Virus record (IMG/VR): IMGVR_UViG_3300002461_000793
Location: 1 to 41,440 of that record
Direction: 5' to 3' (one strand)
Source of the DNA: a virus
DNA: 41,440 bases
Of this stretch, positions 40,461-41,440 are shown one piece after another. Position 1 is the first letter of the stretch. Every line of letters begins with the position of its first letter. A program made the position numbers and the translations under genes. Under the pieces are notes generated by a model. The model searched no databases and was not told where the DNA came from. It saw only the letters and a list, made by a program, of their open reading frames with translations.

Positions 40461-41023
40461 GGAGTCGGCTTGAAGCCCGCAAAGATCTTGCTGGCCACCT
40501 GCGCCTGATAGATGGCGTCATCCAGAGCGTTGTGGTGGGTGCCTTCCCTCTTGATGTCTGCTCCTATGTCGGGGTGTAGCGCCTTCAAGGTGCGGAAGCA
40601 CCGGTTGCGGTAGAACTTCCACGCTGGCGTGATACCGCAGGCCTTGTAAGCCGCCGCCAGAATGGTGTTGTCGAAGTCAGAGCCGTTGCCCCACAATTTG
40701 ACGGCGTGGAACTTGTTGAGGTACTCGTTGAAATCAGTGAGAGCCGTGTAGATGCTGACCCCTCCTTCTGTCGCCTCAATCAATGCTTCTCGCGCGTCCA
40801 ACGACTGGCGACCCCACCAGGCGAGAGTGTCGCTGTCTTCTTCCAGACCCACTGTGCGGCACGAGTTCCTGTCCACCACCACGTAGAAGCTTTCCTTGCT
40901 CACCTCGCTTGAGGTGAAGGCTACAGCTCCTATGGAGACGATGCCGCAACCAGCGGCAGTGCCGTACGTCTCCAGGTCCACCATCACGTTGCCGATATCA
41001 TACACCGTCATCAGTTTTTCCAT
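40457..41023 (-). CDS. DEDDh (DnaQ-like) 3'-5' exonuclease
   Basis: Exo I MVDLETYG, Exo II NGSDFD, Exo III HHNALDDA. Confidence 0.85.
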   Translation of the reverse strand: MEKLMTVYDIGNVMVDLETYGTAAGCGIVSIGAVAFTSSEVSKESFYVVVDRNSCRTVGLEEDSDTLAWWGRQSLDAREALIEATEGGVSIYTALTDFNEYLNKFHAVKLWGNGSDFDNTILAAAYKACGITPAWKFYRNRCFRTLKALHPDIGADIKREGTHHNALDDAIYQAQVASKIFAGFKPTP

Positions 41024-41030
41024 GCTCGCC

Positions 41031-41440
41031 TCAGTATTTGCACTGGCCGCCGCCGGCAGCCTTGTTGGACGCCCGGTAGAAACACCACTGGCACTTCGTG
41101 TTTGGCGTCGGCTTGAACGAAGTGTCCTTCATCATCTTACGAACCCGAAGATCCCACGTCTTCTTGAGGCGGACCAAGTCTTCTCTGGTGTAGGAGAAGT
41201 AGCCGCGCAGCGGATGCACAACGCCGTAGTCGACGTAGACGAGTCTGGTCCGAACCTCCTTGATGTGCGAGTACAGAAGCAGGGCCGCCAAGGCGTACAA
41301 CTCCAACTGCTCCTCGTAGTCGGACACCATGTCATCCCTGTACTTGCCAGTCTTCCAGTCGGACACCAGCAGCACGTCGTCCTCAACATGATGGGCGCAG
41401 TCGATCTTGATCCGCACCCAGCAGTTGACCCAATCATCCC
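41031..41440 (-). CDS. PD-(D/E)XK Cas4/RecB-like exonuclease, C-terminal part (the last 94 nt duplicate nt 1-94)
   Basis: IDC...VSDWKTGK (D...DxK), QLELYALA (QxxxY), and C-terminal cysteines CQWC...C. Together with Cys18 in the N-terminal part these give a Cas4-type four-Cys pattern. Confidence 0.8.
   Translation of the reverse strand, partial: DDWVNCWVRIKIDCAHHVEDDVLLVSDWKTGKYRDDMVSDYEEQLELYALAALLLYSHIKEVRTRLVYVDYGVVHPLRGYFSYTREDLVRLKKTWDLRVRKMMKDTSFKPTPNTKCQWCFYRASNKAAGGGQCKY
41347..41440. repeat. Second copy of the terminal duplication (identical to nt 1-94)
   Basis: Direct reading, as for the first copy. Confidence 0.95.

Noticed and set aside
1-41440. A lysogeny module, CRISPR array, toxin-antitoxin pair or classical restriction-modification system.
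   Set aside because: I found no integrase, recombinase, CI/Cro-like pair or repeat-spacer array. No DNA methyltransferase motif (DPPY/NPPY, PCQ/ENV) appears in any frame that I read.

Overview
The window is a complete, circularly closed tailed-phage genome. Nt 1-94 are identical to nt 41347-41440, so the unique length is about 41,346 bp, and a Cas4-like nuclease gene is split across the window ends. No tRNA, CRISPR array, integrase, repressor or phage RNA polymerase was seen. Two gene arms diverge from an AT-rich control region at 13327-13639 and meet stop-to-stop at 33726-33729. The rightward arm (13640-33729) is a P22-type morphogenesis and lysis module: TerS, TerL, portal, scaffold, P22-like coat, gp4-like and gp10-like tail factors, needle/fibre, three ejection-protein-sized genes, a beta-helix tailspike, a second fibre, holin and an M15 endolysin. 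The leftward arm runs from 13326 down through 1 and continues from 41440 down to 33726. It encodes replication and host-takeover genes: primase-helicase, ThyX, ATP ligase, family A DNA polymerase, Cas4-like and DEDDh exonucleases, VRR-NUC and an SNF2 helicase. The most interesting part is a translationally coupled operon at 33726-37040. It comprises a SAM-methyltransferase fold protein, a MazG-like NTP pyrophosphatase, a dNMP kinase fused to a UDG-fold domain, a ThyA-family enzyme with T4 gp42-type (dCMP hydroxymethylase) residues, and a dCMP deaminase. With no glycosyltransferase present, this predicts cytosine replacement by 5-hmC or an undescribed derivative in a small P22-like podovirus. 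Other notable items:
- two candidate immune-signal sponges (DUF2829/Tad2-like and Acb2/Vs.4-like);
- a cupin-SET fusion inside the virion module;
- a pair of lysine-rich proteins sharing a C-terminal domain;
- a family of at least five near-identical promoter-like elements;
- several small genes missing from the ORF track.
All family assignments come from motif reading and memory of family signatures. None is a database result.
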